DNA from: Desulfuromonadales bacterium | GTDB lineage: Bacteria; Desulfobacterota; Desulfuromonadia; Desulfuromonadales; SZUA-540 | Direction: 5' to 3' | DNA length: 64,000 nucleotides | Assembly (NCBI GenBank): GCA_033549025.1 | Contig: JAWSUS010000002.1 | Span: 128,001-192,000, forward strand | Shown here: positions 37,602-48,791 of the stretch, piece by piece | How the letters are laid out: the number at the start of each line of letters is the position of its first letter | Numbering within the stretch: the stretch's first letter is position 1 | Translations under genes and position numbers: made by a program | Notes under the pieces: model-generated | What the model saw: only the letters and a program-made list of their open reading frames with translations | Databases searched by the model: none | Told to the model about the DNA's origin: nothing

Positions 37602-38858
37602 ATGAATTTGGCAGAGCAGATGGTTCAACTGGCCCGCGCATCCAAAGAGGCCGGGCGCGTCCTGGCGCGACTCTCCTCGGCGGTAAAAGACGACCTCCTG
37701 CGGCAGATGGCCGACGCCCTGGAACACAACGCCCAGGTTCTGATTTCCGCCAACGAGAAGGATCTTGCCGCAGCCCGCGACAAGGGGATGGCGCCAGCCA
37801 TGGTCGACCGGCTGGTGCTGGATGAAAAACGCATCGGCGCCATGGCCGACGGCCTGCGCGAAGTGGCGGCGTTGCCCGATCCCGTCGGGGAGATCACCGG
37901 CATGTGGCGGCGCCCTAACGGCATCCAGGTCGGCCGCATGCGCATCCCCCTAGGCGTCATCGGCATCATCTACGAATCGCGCCCCAATGTCACGGCCGAC
38001 GCCGCCGGTCTCTGCCTGAAGAGCGGCAATGCCGTCATCCTGCGCGGCGGTTCCGAAGCAATTCACTCCAACACGGCCATCGGCGACATCCTGCGCCAGC
38101 AGCTGGAAAAGCTGGGTCTTCCCAAGGCCGCCCTGCAGGTCGTCCCCGTGACCGACAGGAACGCGGTGCTCGAACTGCTCAAGCTCGAAGAGGAGATCGA
38201 CCTGATCATCCCCCGCGGTGGCGAAGGGCTCATCCGCTTTGTCAGCGAGAATTCCCGCATTCCGGTCATCAAGCACTACAAGGGGGTCTGCCACACCTTT
38301 ATCGACGCCAGTGCCGATTTCGACATGGCCGAGAAGATCTGCGTCAACGCCAAGGTACAGCGCCCCGGCGTCTGCAACGCCATGGAGACCCTGCTCATCC
38401 ACAAGGACATCGCCGAAACCTTCGTCCCGCAGATTGCCGCCGTCATGCGCAGCCACGGCGTCGAACTGCGCGGCTGCCCCCTCACCCGTTCGTTTGCTCC
38501 CCAGATCAAGGCGGCGACGGAGGAGGACTGGTCGGCGGAGTTTCTCGATCTCATTCTGGCTGTACGCGTGGTTGAAGATATTGAGGAGGCCATCGCCCAT
38601 ATCCAGCGCTACGGCTCCCTGCACACCGAGACCATCGTCACCCGCGACTACGAGAATTCCCAGCGCTTTCTGCGCGAAGTCAATTCCAGCGTGGTCATGG
38701 TCAACGCCTCCTCCCGCTTCTCCGACGGCAACCAGCTGGGACTCGGGGCGGAAATCGGCATCTCCACCACCAAACTGCACTCGTTCGGGCCCATGGGGCT
38801 GGAAGATCTGACCACCCGGAAATTCGTCGTACTCGGTGACGGGCAGGTCAGGGCATAG
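37602..38858 (+). CDS. proA: Gamma-glutamyl phosphate reductase
   Basis: [32 protein letters not shown]. Confidence 0.96.
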   Translation: MNLAEQMVQLARASKEAGRVLARLSSAVKDDLLRQMADALEHNAQVLISANEKDLAAARDKGMAPAMVDRLVLDEKRIGAMADGLREVAALPDPVGEITGMWRRPNGIQVGRMRIPLGVIGIIYESRPNVTADAAGLCLKSGNAVILRGGSEAIHSNTAIGDILRQQLEKLGLPKAALQVVPVTDRNAVLELLKLEEEIDLIIPRGGEGLIRFVSENSRIPVIKHYKGVCHTFIDASADFDMAEKICVNAKVQRPGVCNAMETLLIHKDIAETFVPQIAAVMRSHGVELRGCPLTRSFAPQIKAATEEDWSAEFLDLILAVRVVEDIEEAIAHIQRYGSLHTETIVTRDYENSQRFLREVNSSVVMVNASSRFSDGNQLGLGAEIGISTTKLHSFGPMGLEDLTTRKFVVLGDGQVRA

Positions 38859-38884
38859 GACGGGCGACCCAAGGTGAAGGCGCT

Positions 38885-39529
38885 ATGAAAACCGGCATTT
38901 TAGGGGGAACGTTCAACCCGATTCATTACGCCCACCTGCGCATCGCCGAAGAGGTGCGGGAGGTCTGCGGCCTCGACCGCATCCTGTTTCTTCCCGCCGC
39001 CACCCCGCCCCACAAGGAGGTGGCGGCCAACATCGCCTTTGCCCATCGTCTGGCCATGGTACAGGCCGCCATCGCCGACAATCCCTTTTTCGAGGCTTCC
39101 GATCTCGAGAACCGGCGGCCCGGCAAGAGCTACTCGGTCCACACCCTGGAGATTCTTCGCGAGGAAAACCCCGGCGATGACTTCTATTTCATCATCGGCA
39201 TGGATTCTTTTCGCGACCTCTCCACCTGGAAAGAATATGACCGCCTCTTCGCGCTCGCCCACCTCGTGGTTGCCAGCCGACCGGGCATTGCCTGCACCGA
39301 TCCCGCCAGCCTGCTTCCCGTTGCCATCCGGGGGGACTTCTGTTATCATGACTCCTCCCAAAACCTGAGGCATCGCAGCGGAAATCACGTCATTTTTCTG
39401 GAAGAGACGTTTTTGGACATCTCCTCCACCGACATCCGTCACCTGATCGCCAACAGACGCTCTATCCGCTACCTCCTTCCCCCCGCGGCGGAAGAATATA
39501 TCTTCAAAAAACGCCTCTACCAAGGCTGA
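38885..39529 (+). CDS. nadD: Nicotinate-nucleotide adenylyltransferase
   Basis: GGTFNPIHYAH, PPHK, IIGMDS, ISST.IR. Confidence 0.94.
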   Translation: MKTGILGGTFNPIHYAHLRIAEEVREVCGLDRILFLPAATPPHKEVAANIAFAHRLAMVQAAIADNPFFEASDLENRRPGKSYSVHTLEILREENPGDDFYFIIGMDSFRDLSTWKEYDRLFALAHLVVASRPGIACTDPASLLPVAIRGDFCYHDSSQNLRHRSGNHVIFLEETFLDISSTDIRHLIANRRSIRYLLPPAAEEYIFKKRLYQG

Positions 39530-39546
39530 GAAAGGTTTTCTGACTT

Positions 39547-39927
39547 TTGCAATCCAAAGACCGCGCTATACTGTGTGCAGCCTACGCACTGGAAAAAAAG
39601 GCCGTCAACGTCCGGATTCTCGAAGTGCAGGGGATTTCCTCCCTGACGGATTATCTGGTCATCGCATCCGGTTCGTCCGACCGCCAGGTACAGGCCATCG
39701 CCGAATCGGTACACCTCGGCCTGAAAAAGGAGCATGCCACCCTGCCTCTCGGCGTGGAAGGAATGAACGAAGGCCGCTGGGTTCTGATCGATTACGGCGA
39801 TGTCATGGTGCACGTCTTTCAGGAAAACGTCCGGGAGTTTTACGATCTGGACGGCCTGTGGTCGGAAGCCGCTGAAATCGACATCCCTGAGAAGTACCAC
39901 TGGGAGCGCAAGGCCAAGAGCCTGTGA
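39547..39927 (+). CDS. rsfS: Ribosome silencing factor
   Basis: EKKA, DYLVIASG, WVLIDYGDVMVHVF, FYDLDGLW. Confidence 0.93.
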   Translation: MQSKDRAILCAAYALEKKAVNVRILEVQGISSLTDYLVIASGSSDRQVQAIAESVHLGLKKEHATLPLGVEGMNEGRWVLIDYGDVMVHVFQENVREFYDLDGLWSEAAEIDIPEKYHWERKAKSL

Positions 39928-40397
39928 AACTTCACCTGGTTTGCGTTGGCCGACTGTCCGAATCCTACTTGCGCGATGCCGCCGAGGATTTCAGCCGTCG
40001 CGTCCAACGCTACCTTCCTCTGACGGTCACCGAACTCAAGGAGGAAAAAGGGGGAAAGAAGGCGGACCCCGGTTTTTTCCGGGAGCGGGAAGGGGAACGG
40101 CTGCTGGCCCGAATACCCGATGAAGCCTTCGTGATTGCCCTGGATGAAAAAGGGAAGATGCGCAGCTCGGAAGAGTTGGCGGATTTTCTCGGACAGCATA
40201 TGGTGCAGGGGACCGGAGAGCTGGCCTTTGTCATCGGCGGGGCCTACGGTCTAAGTGACGCCGTCCGGCAAAGAGCGAACCTGGTGCTGTCCCTCTCGCC
40301 CCTGACCTTTACGCACCAGATGGCCCGGGTTATTCTGCTCGAACAGATCTACCGCGGCATGACTATTTTGCGTAACGAGCCGTATCACAATCGTTAA
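39924..40397 (+). CDS. rlmH: 23S rRNA pseudouridine-1915 N3-methyltransferase
   Basis: FVIGGAYG, LTFTHQMARVILLEQIYR, PYH. Confidence 0.94.
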   Translation: MKLHLVCVGRLSESYLRDAAEDFSRRVQRYLPLTVTELKEEKGGKKADPGFFREREGERLLARIPDEAFVIALDEKGKMRSSEELADFLGQHMVQGTGELAFVIGGAYGLSDAVRQRANLVLSLSPLTFTHQMARVILLEQIYRGMTILRNEPYHNR

Positions 40398-40425
40398 TCC
40401 GATCTTGTCACAGGAGAGCCGGACC

Positions 40426-40779
40426 ATGGATCAACAGGAACAGGACCGCATCGAAAAGCTGTTGCTCGATCTTCGCCGCAGCGTCATACGCGAAGTCAGC
40501 GAAGCCAATGCGGCTTCCCAGGAACTGGGCACCGACGGTGTTCCCGACATCGGGGATGCGGCCGCCAACAGCTATCACCGGGACGTCCTGATGAATCTCA
40601 ATGAAGCCCAACGCCAGAAGCTGCGCGACATCGACGCCGCCCTGGATCGACTGGCCGACGGCGAATATGGCATCTGCGCCCGCTGCGAAGAGGAAATCGA
40701 CCCCCGCCGTCTGCTCGTACGTCCTTTTTCACGCTATTGCATTGAATGCAAATCGGATATTGAAAAATTCGGAGAATAG
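40426..40779 (+). CDS. DksA/TraR-family C4 zinc-finger protein
   Basis: DIGDAA (DxxDxA) coiled-coil tip; YGICARC...RL...CIEC. Confidence 0.85.
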   Translation: MDQQEQDRIEKLLLDLRRSVIREVSEANAASQELGTDGVPDIGDAAANSYHRDVLMNLNEAQRQKLRDIDAALDRLADGEYGICARCEEEIDPRRLLVRPFSRYCIECKSDIEKFGE

Positions 40780-40827
40780 TCCGTCCAACCCTTGGAGACC
40801 CTTCGGGACCCAGCCCAGGAGAAGAAC

Positions 40828-42207
40828 ATGACTCTCATGGCCTTTCTGTTGCTTATCATCCTGTTCCTTGTCTTTTTCATCTATTTCCTGGGCCTTAATC
40901 CTCAGGACATCACCCTCTTTTTCCTGCCTGACCAGCCACTGACCTATCCGGTGGCCATTGTTGTGGTAGGAGCCGTCCTGCTCGGCCTTGTCCTGGGGTA
41001 CGGCGCTTATATCTACAGCACCTTTTCCGGCTTTTTTCGCACCTGGCGCAAGGATCGCGCCGAGAAAAAAACCAAGGAAGTCACCTCCCTCTATCGTGAA
41101 GGGGTAGGGCGTCTTCTCTCCGGCGACATCAAAAAGGCCCACACGCTGCTCCAGAAAACCCTCGACCGGGATCCGGCCCGCGTGGATACCTATATCGCTT
41201 TGGCCAGTGTCTATATTCAGGAAAGCGAGCCTCGCGAAGCGATCAACCTGCTGCTGAAAGCCAAAAATATTGATCCGAGAAACCTCGAGATCTTTTTCAA
41301 AATGGCGACGACCTACGAAGAAATGGGCCTTCTCGACGACGCCGCGCTGGCCTATCAGGAGATCATCACCCTGGAGAGCGACAACCGCAAGGCGCTCAGA
41401 GCCCTGCGTGACATCCATCTCAACAGTCAGCGCTGGCCGGAGGCCCTGGAACTGCAGAAACGGCTGCTGAAGGTGGGGGTCAGCAAAAATCGACAGGCGG
41501 ACGAAAAAACCAAGCTTCTGTTTATCCGCTATGAAGTGGCCGCGCAGGCTATTGCCGCCGGCAAGGGCGCCGAGGCGAAGGACACGCTCAAAGATATCAT
41601 CAAACAGGACTCCGGCTTCACGCCGGCCCGGGTTTCCCTGGGTGACATCTACCAGGCTGAGAACAAAGCCGAAGAGGCCGCCCGTATCTGGCAGGAGGGC
41701 TATAAGGCGCTATCCAAAAGCATTTTCCTGTCGCGCCTGGAAGAGCTTTATATGGGCGAAGAAGATCCATCCACCCTGCTGGCCTTCTATCGCTCGGCGA
41801 TTGTGGAAAAACCGCAGGACCTTCTGCTCCGGCTCTTTTTCGGCCGCCTCTGCCTGCGCCTTGAAATGGTCGATGAAGCCCTGGAAAACCTCTATGCCGT
41901 TGAAAGCTCGGGGATTGAATTTCCCCAGCTGCACAGCCTGCTTGCCGAGGCTCATCGCCGCCGCAACCGGTTTGACGATGCCATTCGTGAGTATCAGAAA
42001 GCTCTCGGGATCAACGCCCATCTCAACTTCGGCTATGTGTGCGAAGAGTGCGGAGAAGAAGAAGCGAACTGGAAGAGCCGCTGCGCCCATTGCGGTACCT
42101 GGGGCAGTTTTGCCTTGCCTAACCGCTCCTTGATCACCGGGGCCCGCCCCCTGGAAGTGCGGGAAATCCATCATGGGGAGAGAGAGGCATGGCAGGAAGA
42201 GGACTAA
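40828..42207 (+). CDS. LapA-LapB-like fusion (membrane anchor, TPR repeats, C-terminal rubredoxin-type knuckle)
   Basis: LapA-like N-terminus ([13 protein letters not shown]), TPRs, YVCEECG...CAHCGTW. Confidence 0.75.
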   Translation: MTLMAFLLLIILFLVFFIYFLGLNPQDITLFFLPDQPLTYPVAIVVVGAVLLGLVLGYGAYIYSTFSGFFRTWRKDRAEKKTKEVTSLYREGVGRLLSGDIKKAHTLLQKTLDRDPARVDTYIALASVYIQESEPREAINLLLKAKNIDPRNLEIFFKMATTYEEMGLLDDAALAYQEIITLESDNRKALRALRDIHLNSQRWPEALELQKRLLKVGVSKNRQADEKTKLLFIRYEVAAQAIAAGKGAEAKDTLKDIIKQDSGFTPARVSLGDIYQAENKAEEAARIWQEGYKALSKSIFLSRLEELYMGEEDPSTLLAFYRSAIVEKPQDLLLRLFFGRLCLRLEMVDEALENLYAVESSGIEFPQLHSLLAEAHRRRNRFDDAIREYQKALGINAHLNFGYVCEECGEEEANWKSRCAHCGTWGSFALPNRSLITGARPLEVREIHHGEREAWQEED

Positions 42208-43742
42208 AAAGACCGGTCGCCCTGGTTATTCTCGACGGCTGGGGCATCAACGACACCTGCGCCAACAACGCTGTCTGCCAAGCCAAAAAGCCTGTCCTTG
42301 ACGACCTGTTCAGCCGCTATCCTTCCACCCGGCTGAATGCCTCGGGGCTCGCCGTCGGCCTGCCCGAGGGCCAGATGGGCAACTCGGAGGTCGGCCATCT
42401 CAATATTGGCGCCGGCCGCATTGTCTATCAGGATCTCACCCGTATCAGCAAAAGCATCCGCGAGGGGGATTTTTTCCAGAATCCCGTGCTTCGGCAGGCG
42501 ATGGAAAAGGTCAAAGATAGCGGGGGTACGCTCCATCTCATGGGACTGCTCTCCGATGGCGGCGTCCACTCGCACAACACCCATCTCTATGCCCTGGTGC
42601 GCCTGGCCAAGACCTTCGGCCTTTCCCAGGTCTGCATCCATGCCTTTCTAGACGGTCGCGACACCCCCCCCAAAAGCGGCGCCGGATACCTGCAGGCTCT
42701 GGAAGAGGAGCTGGCAGCCATCGGGATGGGACGGGTTGCGACCGTCAGCGGCCGCTTCTGGGCCATGGACCGCGATAACCGCTGGGACCGGGTCGAGAAA
42801 GCCTACCGTGCCCTTGCCCTCGGCGAGGGGACGCGCTCCGAGTCGAGCGCCAAAGCCATCGAAGAGGCCTATGCGGCCGGGCAGACGGATGAATTTGTCG
42901 AGCCCCACGTCATCGCGCCAGCCGACCTGACCGCCGGCACCATAGACGATGGCGACGGCATCATCTTCTTCAACTTCCGCGCCGACCGCGCCCGTGAAAT
43001 TACCCGTGTTTTTACGGGCCCGGAATTTTCCGGCTTCATCCGTCCCAAAACGCCTGAACTCAGCGCCTTTGTCTGCATGACCGAGTACGACGAGACCTTT
43101 GGCCTGCCCGTCGCCTTTCCGCCCGAAACCTATCCCAACCTGCTGGGCGAAGTGATTTCCAAAGCCGGCCTAACCCAGCTGCGCATCGCGGAAACGGAAA
43201 AATACGCGCATGTCACCTTCTTCTTCAACGGGGGCAGCGAAACGCCTTTCCCTGGGGAAGATCGCGTTCTCATTCCCTCGCCCAAAGATGTGGCTACCTA
43301 CGACCTGAAACCCGCCATGAGCGCCCCGGCTGTCACCGCCGAGGTCGTCGATCGCGTCATGTCCGGCAAATATGACTTCATTGTTCTCAATTTTGCCAAC
43401 CCTGACATGGTCGGTCACACCGGCAATCTCGAAGCTGCTACCACCGCCATGGAAACGGTCGATGCCTGCCTTGGCCAGGTGGTGGAGACCGTTCTTGCCG
43501 CCGGCGGCTCTCTGCTGATCACGGCCGATCACGGCAATTGCGAGCAAATGACCGACGGCAGCGGGCAGCCCCACACGGCCCACACCGCCAATCCCGTCCC
43601 TCTGCTGCTGATCGACCCCGAGCTGTCCGGGGCAACCCTGCAAGAAGGCATCCTGGCCGACCTGGCTCCCACAATCCTTTCACTCATGAAACTTGAAACG
43701 CCTGAGGAAATGACGGGGAAGAGCCTGCTGGTCAAGGCCTGA
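42189..43742 (+). CDS. gpmI: 2,3-bisphosphoglycerate-independent phosphoglycerate mutase
   Basis: [43 protein letters not shown]. Confidence 0.97.
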   Translation: MAGRGLKRPVALVILDGWGINDTCANNAVCQAKKPVLDDLFSRYPSTRLNASGLAVGLPEGQMGNSEVGHLNIGAGRIVYQDLTRISKSIREGDFFQNPVLRQAMEKVKDSGGTLHLMGLLSDGGVHSHNTHLYALVRLAKTFGLSQVCIHAFLDGRDTPPKSGAGYLQALEEELAAIGMGRVATVSGRFWAMDRDNRWDRVEKAYRALALGEGTRSESSAKAIEEAYAAGQTDEFVEPHVIAPADLTAGTIDDGDGIIFFNFRADRAREITRVFTGPEFSGFIRPKTPELSAFVCMTEYDETFGLPVAFPPETYPNLLGEVISKAGLTQLRIAETEKYAHVTFFFNGGSETPFPGEDRVLIPSPKDVATYDLKPAMSAPAVTAEVVDRVMSGKYDFIVLNFANPDMVGHTGNLEAATTAMETVDACLGQVVETVLAAGGSLLITADHGNCEQMTDGSGQPHTAHTANPVPLLLIDPELSGATLQEGILADLAPTILSLMKLETPEEMTGKSLLVKA

Positions 43743-43758
43743 AAAAAATCGGAACCCT

Positions 43759-44535
43759 ATGCGCCGTGCCCGCCGCTTAGCCTTCAGGCGCCTGAGGCCA
43801 CTCCTGGCGGGCTTCAGGCGAGAAATCGGCGGGTTGATCGACTGCTTCCTGCCGGTCAACTGCGCTTTTTGCAACACGCCCCTCGCCAGCTCAGCCCAAC
43901 CGGCCATCTGCTCAACCTGCCAACGCACCCTGGCTGAGAACAGACCGGCCTCCTGCCCGCGTTGCGCCCTGCCCTACCTTGACTACGGAGGCAGCGATCA
44001 TCTGTGCGGGGACTGTCAGCGGCAGCCGCCTCACTACAGAACCGTTTGTGCGCTGGGCGTTTATGAGGGTCCGCTGCGCCAGGCCATTCACCGCTTCAAA
44101 TATCAGAAAGACTTCACCCTCGCCACCCCCTTGGGGCACCTCCTCGCGGCTGCCGTGCGGCAGCGGGGTCTTTTGCATGCCGACCTTATTCTGCCTGTCC
44201 CTCTGCACCCCAGTCGACTTCGCCAGCGAACCTTCAATCAGTCGCTGCTGCTGGCTCGCATCCTCGGCAAGCGGAGCAGCACCCCCGTTGCCGGGAACCT
44301 GCTGCGTCGCCTTCGGCCCACCCCTTCCCAACAGGGCTTGTCCCTGGAGGACCGCCGCCATAACCTCCACCAGGCTTTTGCGCTGCACGCCCCTCTTAAT
44401 GGGGAGTCGGTCCTGCTGGTCGACGACGTCATGACCTCCGGGGCGACAATAGCGGCTTGCACCAAGGCGCTACTGGAAAATGGCGCGCAAACCGTGGATG
44501 TCGCCATTCTGGCTCGCGCCGCCAAAGGCCTGTAA
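43759..44535 (+). CDS. comF: ComF-family protein (double zinc ribbon + PRTase)
   Basis: Four CxxC pairs, PVPLH, FNQS, LVDDVMTSGAT. Confidence 0.88.
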   Translation: MRRARRLAFRRLRPLLAGFRREIGGLIDCFLPVNCAFCNTPLASSAQPAICSTCQRTLAENRPASCPRCALPYLDYGGSDHLCGDCQRQPPHYRTVCALGVYEGPLRQAIHRFKYQKDFTLATPLGHLLAAAVRQRGLLHADLILPVPLHPSRLRQRTFNQSLLLARILGKRSSTPVAGNLLRRLRPTPSQQGLSLEDRRHNLHQAFALHAPLNGESVLLVDDVMTSGATIAACTKALLENGAQTVDVAILARAAKGL

Positions 44536-44678
44536 AACATCGGTGATTTTCTACTTCATGAGAAAAAAGAACTATGTTATAAGAGTTCTTGATTGTTCTA
44601 CTCTTCTTCTGCAGGGCCAGAGACAGCCAAGAAGATCCCTGGCGGCTGGCACAGAAAAACCGCACGACCAGCTAGACC

Positions 44679-46172
44679 ATGACAGAGGAAATCCCTATGC
44701 CCGACCTCCTCAGCACTCTTGGCCTTGAACACGTCCTGCAGACCATTCCCAGCGGCCTTTTTCTGGTCGACCTGAATCGAAATATCGTTTATTGGAACGC
44801 CGAAGCGGAGCGCCTGACCGGCTATGCTGCCTCTGAAATCGTCGGCAAGCCCTGCACAGCGCTGGAAGGCATCGAATGCGACCTGACCTGCGGCCTCTAC
44901 AGTGGTACTCTGCCCAAGCCGATTATCGGGGCACGCTGCACCATCAAAACCCGCAGCGGCGCTCCCTTGATTCTGTGCAAAAACATCGACTACCTCCGGG
45001 ACAAGGATGGCCGCATTGTCGGCGGCATCGAGTCTTTTATCGACCTCAGCAAGCAGGTGGAGCTTGAACAGCAGCTGCGCGAGCAGACGGTCCACCTAGA
45101 AGCCGCTGTGCGCCAGCGTACCCTTGAGCTCGAGAACGAACGAACCCGTCTGGTCACCGCCCTCGACGCCATGACGGACTTCGCCTATATCGCCTCGGCA
45201 GACTACCAGGTACAATTCATGAACAGGGCCATGCGCGAGGTTTTCGATCCCACCGAAGGTCGTCCATGCTATACCACGCTGCATGGACAGCAGCGTCCCT
45301 GCTCAAGCTGTCCTATGCAGAAAGTGCTGGCGGGAGAAACAGTCAAAGAAGAGCGACAGTACGGTAGTGAAGGCCGGACATTTGAAATCATCCACACGCC
45401 ACTGATCACCGCGGATGGCACCACCCAAAAAATGGCGGTTTTTCGTGATATCACCGAGCGCAAGGGGGCCGAAGAGAAACTTCGCCATGCCAATCGAGAA
45501 CTTGATGCCTTTGTCTATACCGTCTCCCACGATCTGAAAACGCCTCTGACGCCCATTCTCGGCTATGCCGAATTTCTCCGCGACGAATATGCCGGCAAAC
45601 TCGACGAGCGGGCCCTGGATATTTTAGCGGAGATCGAAGGGCAAGGTCGCAAGATGCTGGCCCTGATGGAAGATATTCTCGCTCTGGCCAGGCTGGGCAA
45701 GGTCGAACTTCCATCTGTTCCCGTCGACCTCAACCGGGTCGTGGGAGATATTCTTGGCGATTATCAGGCTCTGCGGCAAGAAATGAAGGTGGATATTCAG
45801 CGTGACTCCCTTCCCGCCCTTCGTTTTCCCGAAACCCTGCTATCCTCCCTCTTTTCCAATCTCATCGGTAACGCCCTGCGCTACGGCGCCAAGCCTGGCG
45901 GCTCCATCGAGATTGGCTCCCTCTGTGAAGGCGGCACCTATCGCATTTTCGTGCGCGATCACGGTCCGGGACTTGATGATGAAGACAAGGCGCACATCTT
46001 CGATCTCTTTTACCGCTCCCGAACTACCCGCAACAGACCCGGCACCGGGGTGGGTCTGAGTACGGCCAAAAAGATCATGAACCTTTATGAAGGCCAGATC
46101 CGTGTAGAAGACACGCCGGGCGGAGGCTGCACTTTCTGGCTAGACTTCCCCGCTTCCGACGATTCTGTTTAA
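44679..46172 (+). CDS. Cytoplasmic PAS-PAS sensor histidine kinase
   Basis: Two PAS domains; SHDLKTPL H-box; NLIGNA, DHGPG, GTGVGL. Confidence 0.9.
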   Translation: MTEEIPMPDLLSTLGLEHVLQTIPSGLFLVDLNRNIVYWNAEAERLTGYAASEIVGKPCTALEGIECDLTCGLYSGTLPKPIIGARCTIKTRSGAPLILCKNIDYLRDKDGRIVGGIESFIDLSKQVELEQQLREQTVHLEAAVRQRTLELENERTRLVTALDAMTDFAYIASADYQVQFMNRAMREVFDPTEGRPCYTTLHGQQRPCSSCPMQKVLAGETVKEERQYGSEGRTFEIIHTPLITADGTTQKMAVFRDITERKGAEEKLRHANRELDAFVYTVSHDLKTPLTPILGYAEFLRDEYAGKLDERALDILAEIEGQGRKMLALMEDILALARLGKVELPSVPVDLNRVVGDILGDYQALRQEMKVDIQRDSLPALRFPETLLSSLFSNLIGNALRYGAKPGGSIEIGSLCEGGTYRIFVRDHGPGLDDEDKAHIFDLFYRSRTTRNRPGTGVGLSTAKKIMNLYEGQIRVEDTPGGGCTFWLDFPASDDSV

Positions 46173-46222
46173 AAGCTCGGTTTCCCCAACCTGTCACTTT
46201 CACTTTTGCCAACAGGATAACT

Positions 46223-46846
46223 ATGGACCGTTTGTTCAAAGGACACATGAAGTTCAGAGAAGAGGACTTCGAAGGTCATCGGCAACTCTTCAAGGAACTC
46301 GGCAGGACCCAGAAGCCCCACACCCTGTTCATCGGCTGCTCCGACTCGCGGGTTGTCCCCAACCTCATTACGCAGACTCACCCCGGCGAACTCTTTATCG
46401 TTCGCAACGTCGCCAATATCGTGCCCCCCTACCGTCAGACCGAAGAATACGTGGCCACCACTTCGGCTATCGAATATGCGGTGCAGGCTCTGGAAGTCGA
46501 CACCATCGTCATCTGCGGCCACTCCAACTGCGGAGGCTGCGCGGCTATGAACCTGCCGCCGGAGAAACTTGACCACCTGCCCCATGTCCGCAAGTGGCTG
46601 GAAGTTTCGAAGGAAGTCAAGGGGCGGGTCGACCGCCTGATGACCGACGACTCCCCCGAGGAACGCGAGTGGCTCACCGAGCAGATCAACATCCTGGTGC
46701 AGATGCGAAACCTGCTGACCTATCCCTATATTGAAGAGAAATATCGCCAAGGCACTTTGAACATCTACGGATGGCACTACATCATCGAAACCGGTGAAAT
46801 CTACAATTTCAACGATGCCAAAGAGGTTTTCGAGCTGGTCAGCTGA
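46223..46846 (+). CDS. Beta-class carbonic anhydrase
   Basis: IGCSDSRV, RNVAN, IEYAV, CGHSNCGG. Confidence 0.94.
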   Translation: MDRLFKGHMKFREEDFEGHRQLFKELGRTQKPHTLFIGCSDSRVVPNLITQTHPGELFIVRNVANIVPPYRQTEEYVATTSAIEYAVQALEVDTIVICGHSNCGGCAAMNLPPEKLDHLPHVRKWLEVSKEVKGRVDRLMTDDSPEEREWLTEQINILVQMRNLLTYPYIEEKYRQGTLNIYGWHYIIETGEIYNFNDAKEVFELVS

Positions 46847-46996
46847 CGCCTCCCGGTGGGCCTGCCTTCACAAGCAGGCCCGCCCTCAGCCCGCCCCCCC
46901 TTACCAGCTTCCCGCCCCTATTTGTCCCAAAAATTTCCGCGCCCCCTATAACATGAGAAAGGCGGCGTCCCTTTCCCTTAAATAGTAATTTTTACC

Positions 46997-47024
46997 TTGA
47001 CTATTATCGGGCGAGTGATAGATT
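46997..47024 (+). promoter_or_regulatory. sigma70 promoter (extended -10) upstream of the 60-aa ORF
   Basis: TTGACT-16-TAGATT with TG at the extended position. Confidence 0.5.
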
Positions 47025-47069
47025 ACCTGCAGAATTTCACCTCATCTCCCGCCATTACAGGAGGTCCTC

Positions 47070-47252
47070 ATGGAAGACCTGTGGAAGCTGCACACCATGG
47101 AATATCGTCTCACCGACTTGGCCGAAAGAGCCGAATATGAGAAAATCGTCCGGCGCTTTCACCAGGAAGAAGAAAGCAGCCACCGGTCCCAGCTTCTCTA
47201 CGGTCAGGCCAGTCTGCGTCCGGTCACAAAATCGGAATCGGATCAGGACTGA
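47070..47252 (+). CDS. Small hypothetical protein (60 aa)
   Basis: Strong SD AGGAGG with correct spacing; own promoter-like sequence. Confidence 0.6.
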   Translation: MEDLWKLHTMEYRLTDLAERAEYEKIVRRFHQEEESSHRSQLLYGQASLRPVTKSESDQD

Positions 47253-47395
47253 ACTTCTTCACCCGCTTTCGTCAAAAATCAGCTTGAGCGCCTATCCTCA
47301 TTAGCAGCGCCAAAATTCTTGCCTGCTCCCGCTTTCCTATGTTAAAAATTGCTCTTCCCTGATTCACCCCCTACACCCTTCGGAGGTTTTCATCT

Positions 47396-48460
47396 ATGGA
47401 GCTGCAAATACTTCCCCTCACCGGGCAGAAGCCCCGCGTTACCGACGAGAGCAAACTGGTCTTTGGAAAGCAGTTCACTGACCGCATGTTCATCATGGAA
47501 TTCGACCGGCCCAAGGGCTGGCATTCGGCGCGCATCGCTCCCTACGCCCCCTTTTCGCTGGACCCGGCCGCTCTGGTTTTGCACTATGCCCAGGAAATCT
47601 TCGAAGGGCTCAAGGCTTTTCGCCGTCCGGACGGCAGCATCGCCCTCTTCAGACCCATGGACAACATCCAGCGCTTCAACCGCAGCGCCCGCCGCATGTG
47701 CATGCCCGAGGTGGACGAGGCTTTCTTCTTCAAAGCCCTGAAAGAACTGATCCGCCTGGAGGCCGACTGGGTTCCCCACAGCGAAGGGACCAGCCTCTAC
47801 ATTCGCCCGACCATGATCGCCACCGAACCGGTGCTTGGCGTCAAACCGGCGGACCAATATTTTTGCTACATCATCCTGTCCCCGGTCGGCGCCTACTACA
47901 AAGGGGGACTCAATCCGGTCAAAATCTGGATTTCCGATGAGTACATCCGGGTTGCCCCGGGCGGCACCGGTGAAGCCAAAACCGGCGGCAACTACGCGGC
48001 CAGCCTCTATGCCTCGACGGAAGCCGGCGCCCAGGGTTTCGATCAGGTACTCTGGCTCGATGCCGTCCACCGCAAGTACGTGGAGGAGGTGGGCAGCATG
48101 AATATCTGCTTCCTTTATGACGGCAAGGTCGTCACTTCCCCCCTCAAAGGCACCATCCTGGACGGCATTACCCGCCGTTCCATCCTCACCCTGATCCGGG
48201 AAATGGGTCTGGAGATTGAAGAACGCGCCCTCTCCGTCGATGAAATCCTTGAGGGCGCCGAGAATGGGCGCCTGCAGGAAGCCTTTGGCACGGGCACCGC
48301 CGCCGTCGTCTCTCCCGTCGGCCAGTTCACCTTCCGTGACCGGACCGTGAGCCTGAGCAATGGTCGCATCGGGGAACTCACCCAGAAACTCTACGATACC
48401 CTGACGGGCATTCAGTATGGCCGCCTCCCTGATTCCCACGGCTGGATCGAAATGATCTGA
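47396..48460 (+). CDS. ilvE: Branched-chain amino acid aminotransferase
   Basis: LHYAQEIFEGLKA, LYIRP, AKTGGNYA, EEVGSMN, ILDGITR, GTGTAA. Confidence 0.95.
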   Translation: MELQILPLTGQKPRVTDESKLVFGKQFTDRMFIMEFDRPKGWHSARIAPYAPFSLDPAALVLHYAQEIFEGLKAFRRPDGSIALFRPMDNIQRFNRSARRMCMPEVDEAFFFKALKELIRLEADWVPHSEGTSLYIRPTMIATEPVLGVKPADQYFCYIILSPVGAYYKGGLNPVKIWISDEYIRVAPGGTGEAKTGGNYAASLYASTEAGAQGFDQVLWLDAVHRKYVEEVGSMNICFLYDGKVVTSPLKGTILDGITRRSILTLIREMGLEIEERALSVDEILEGAENGRLQEAFGTGTAAVVSPVGQFTFRDRTVSLSNGRIGELTQKLYDTLTGIQYGRLPDSHGWIEMI

Positions 48461-48484
48461 ACCCGTCTCAACTCCTTTCGTACC

Positions 48485-48525
48485 AAAAACCTGTTCAGGC
48501 TTCGCGCCTGAACAGGTTTTTTTTT
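48485..48525 (+). terminator. Rho-independent terminator after ilvE
   Basis: AAAAACCTGTTCAGGC-TTCGC-GCCTGAACAGG followed by T9. Confidence 0.9.
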
Positions 48526-48712
48526 GCAGCACCCCCCCCACGCCGCCGCTTGCCCCCTGCCTAACAATTAACCTTCCACTGAGTACAATAGAAGCACACA
48601 AAAAACTCTACACGCAGCAACACGTCCCTCTCTATCTCGCTTATAAACGCAACTCCACTCCTAACAATCTGTTTTTATTCGTCTTTTAATTTTAAAATTT
48701 TAAATTATTTCA

Positions 48713-48729
48713 TGGGCATGTTTATTGCT
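48713..48729 (+). promoter_or_regulatory. sigma54 (-24/-12) promoter of the glutamate synthase operon
   Basis: TGGGCATGTTTATTGCT gives GG-N10-GC with the GGCA and TTGC elements; preceded by a very AT-rich tract. Confidence 0.65.
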
Positions 48730-48791
48730 TTTGAGTTGCTTGACAATCCAAGACTCTCTGCCGCCCTTAAACCCTGCCTGGAGGTATCGCC

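Noticed and set aside
47070..47395. Leader-peptide attenuator or T-box for ilvE
   Set aside because: No run of branched-chain codons and no terminator/antiterminator structure seen before ilvE.
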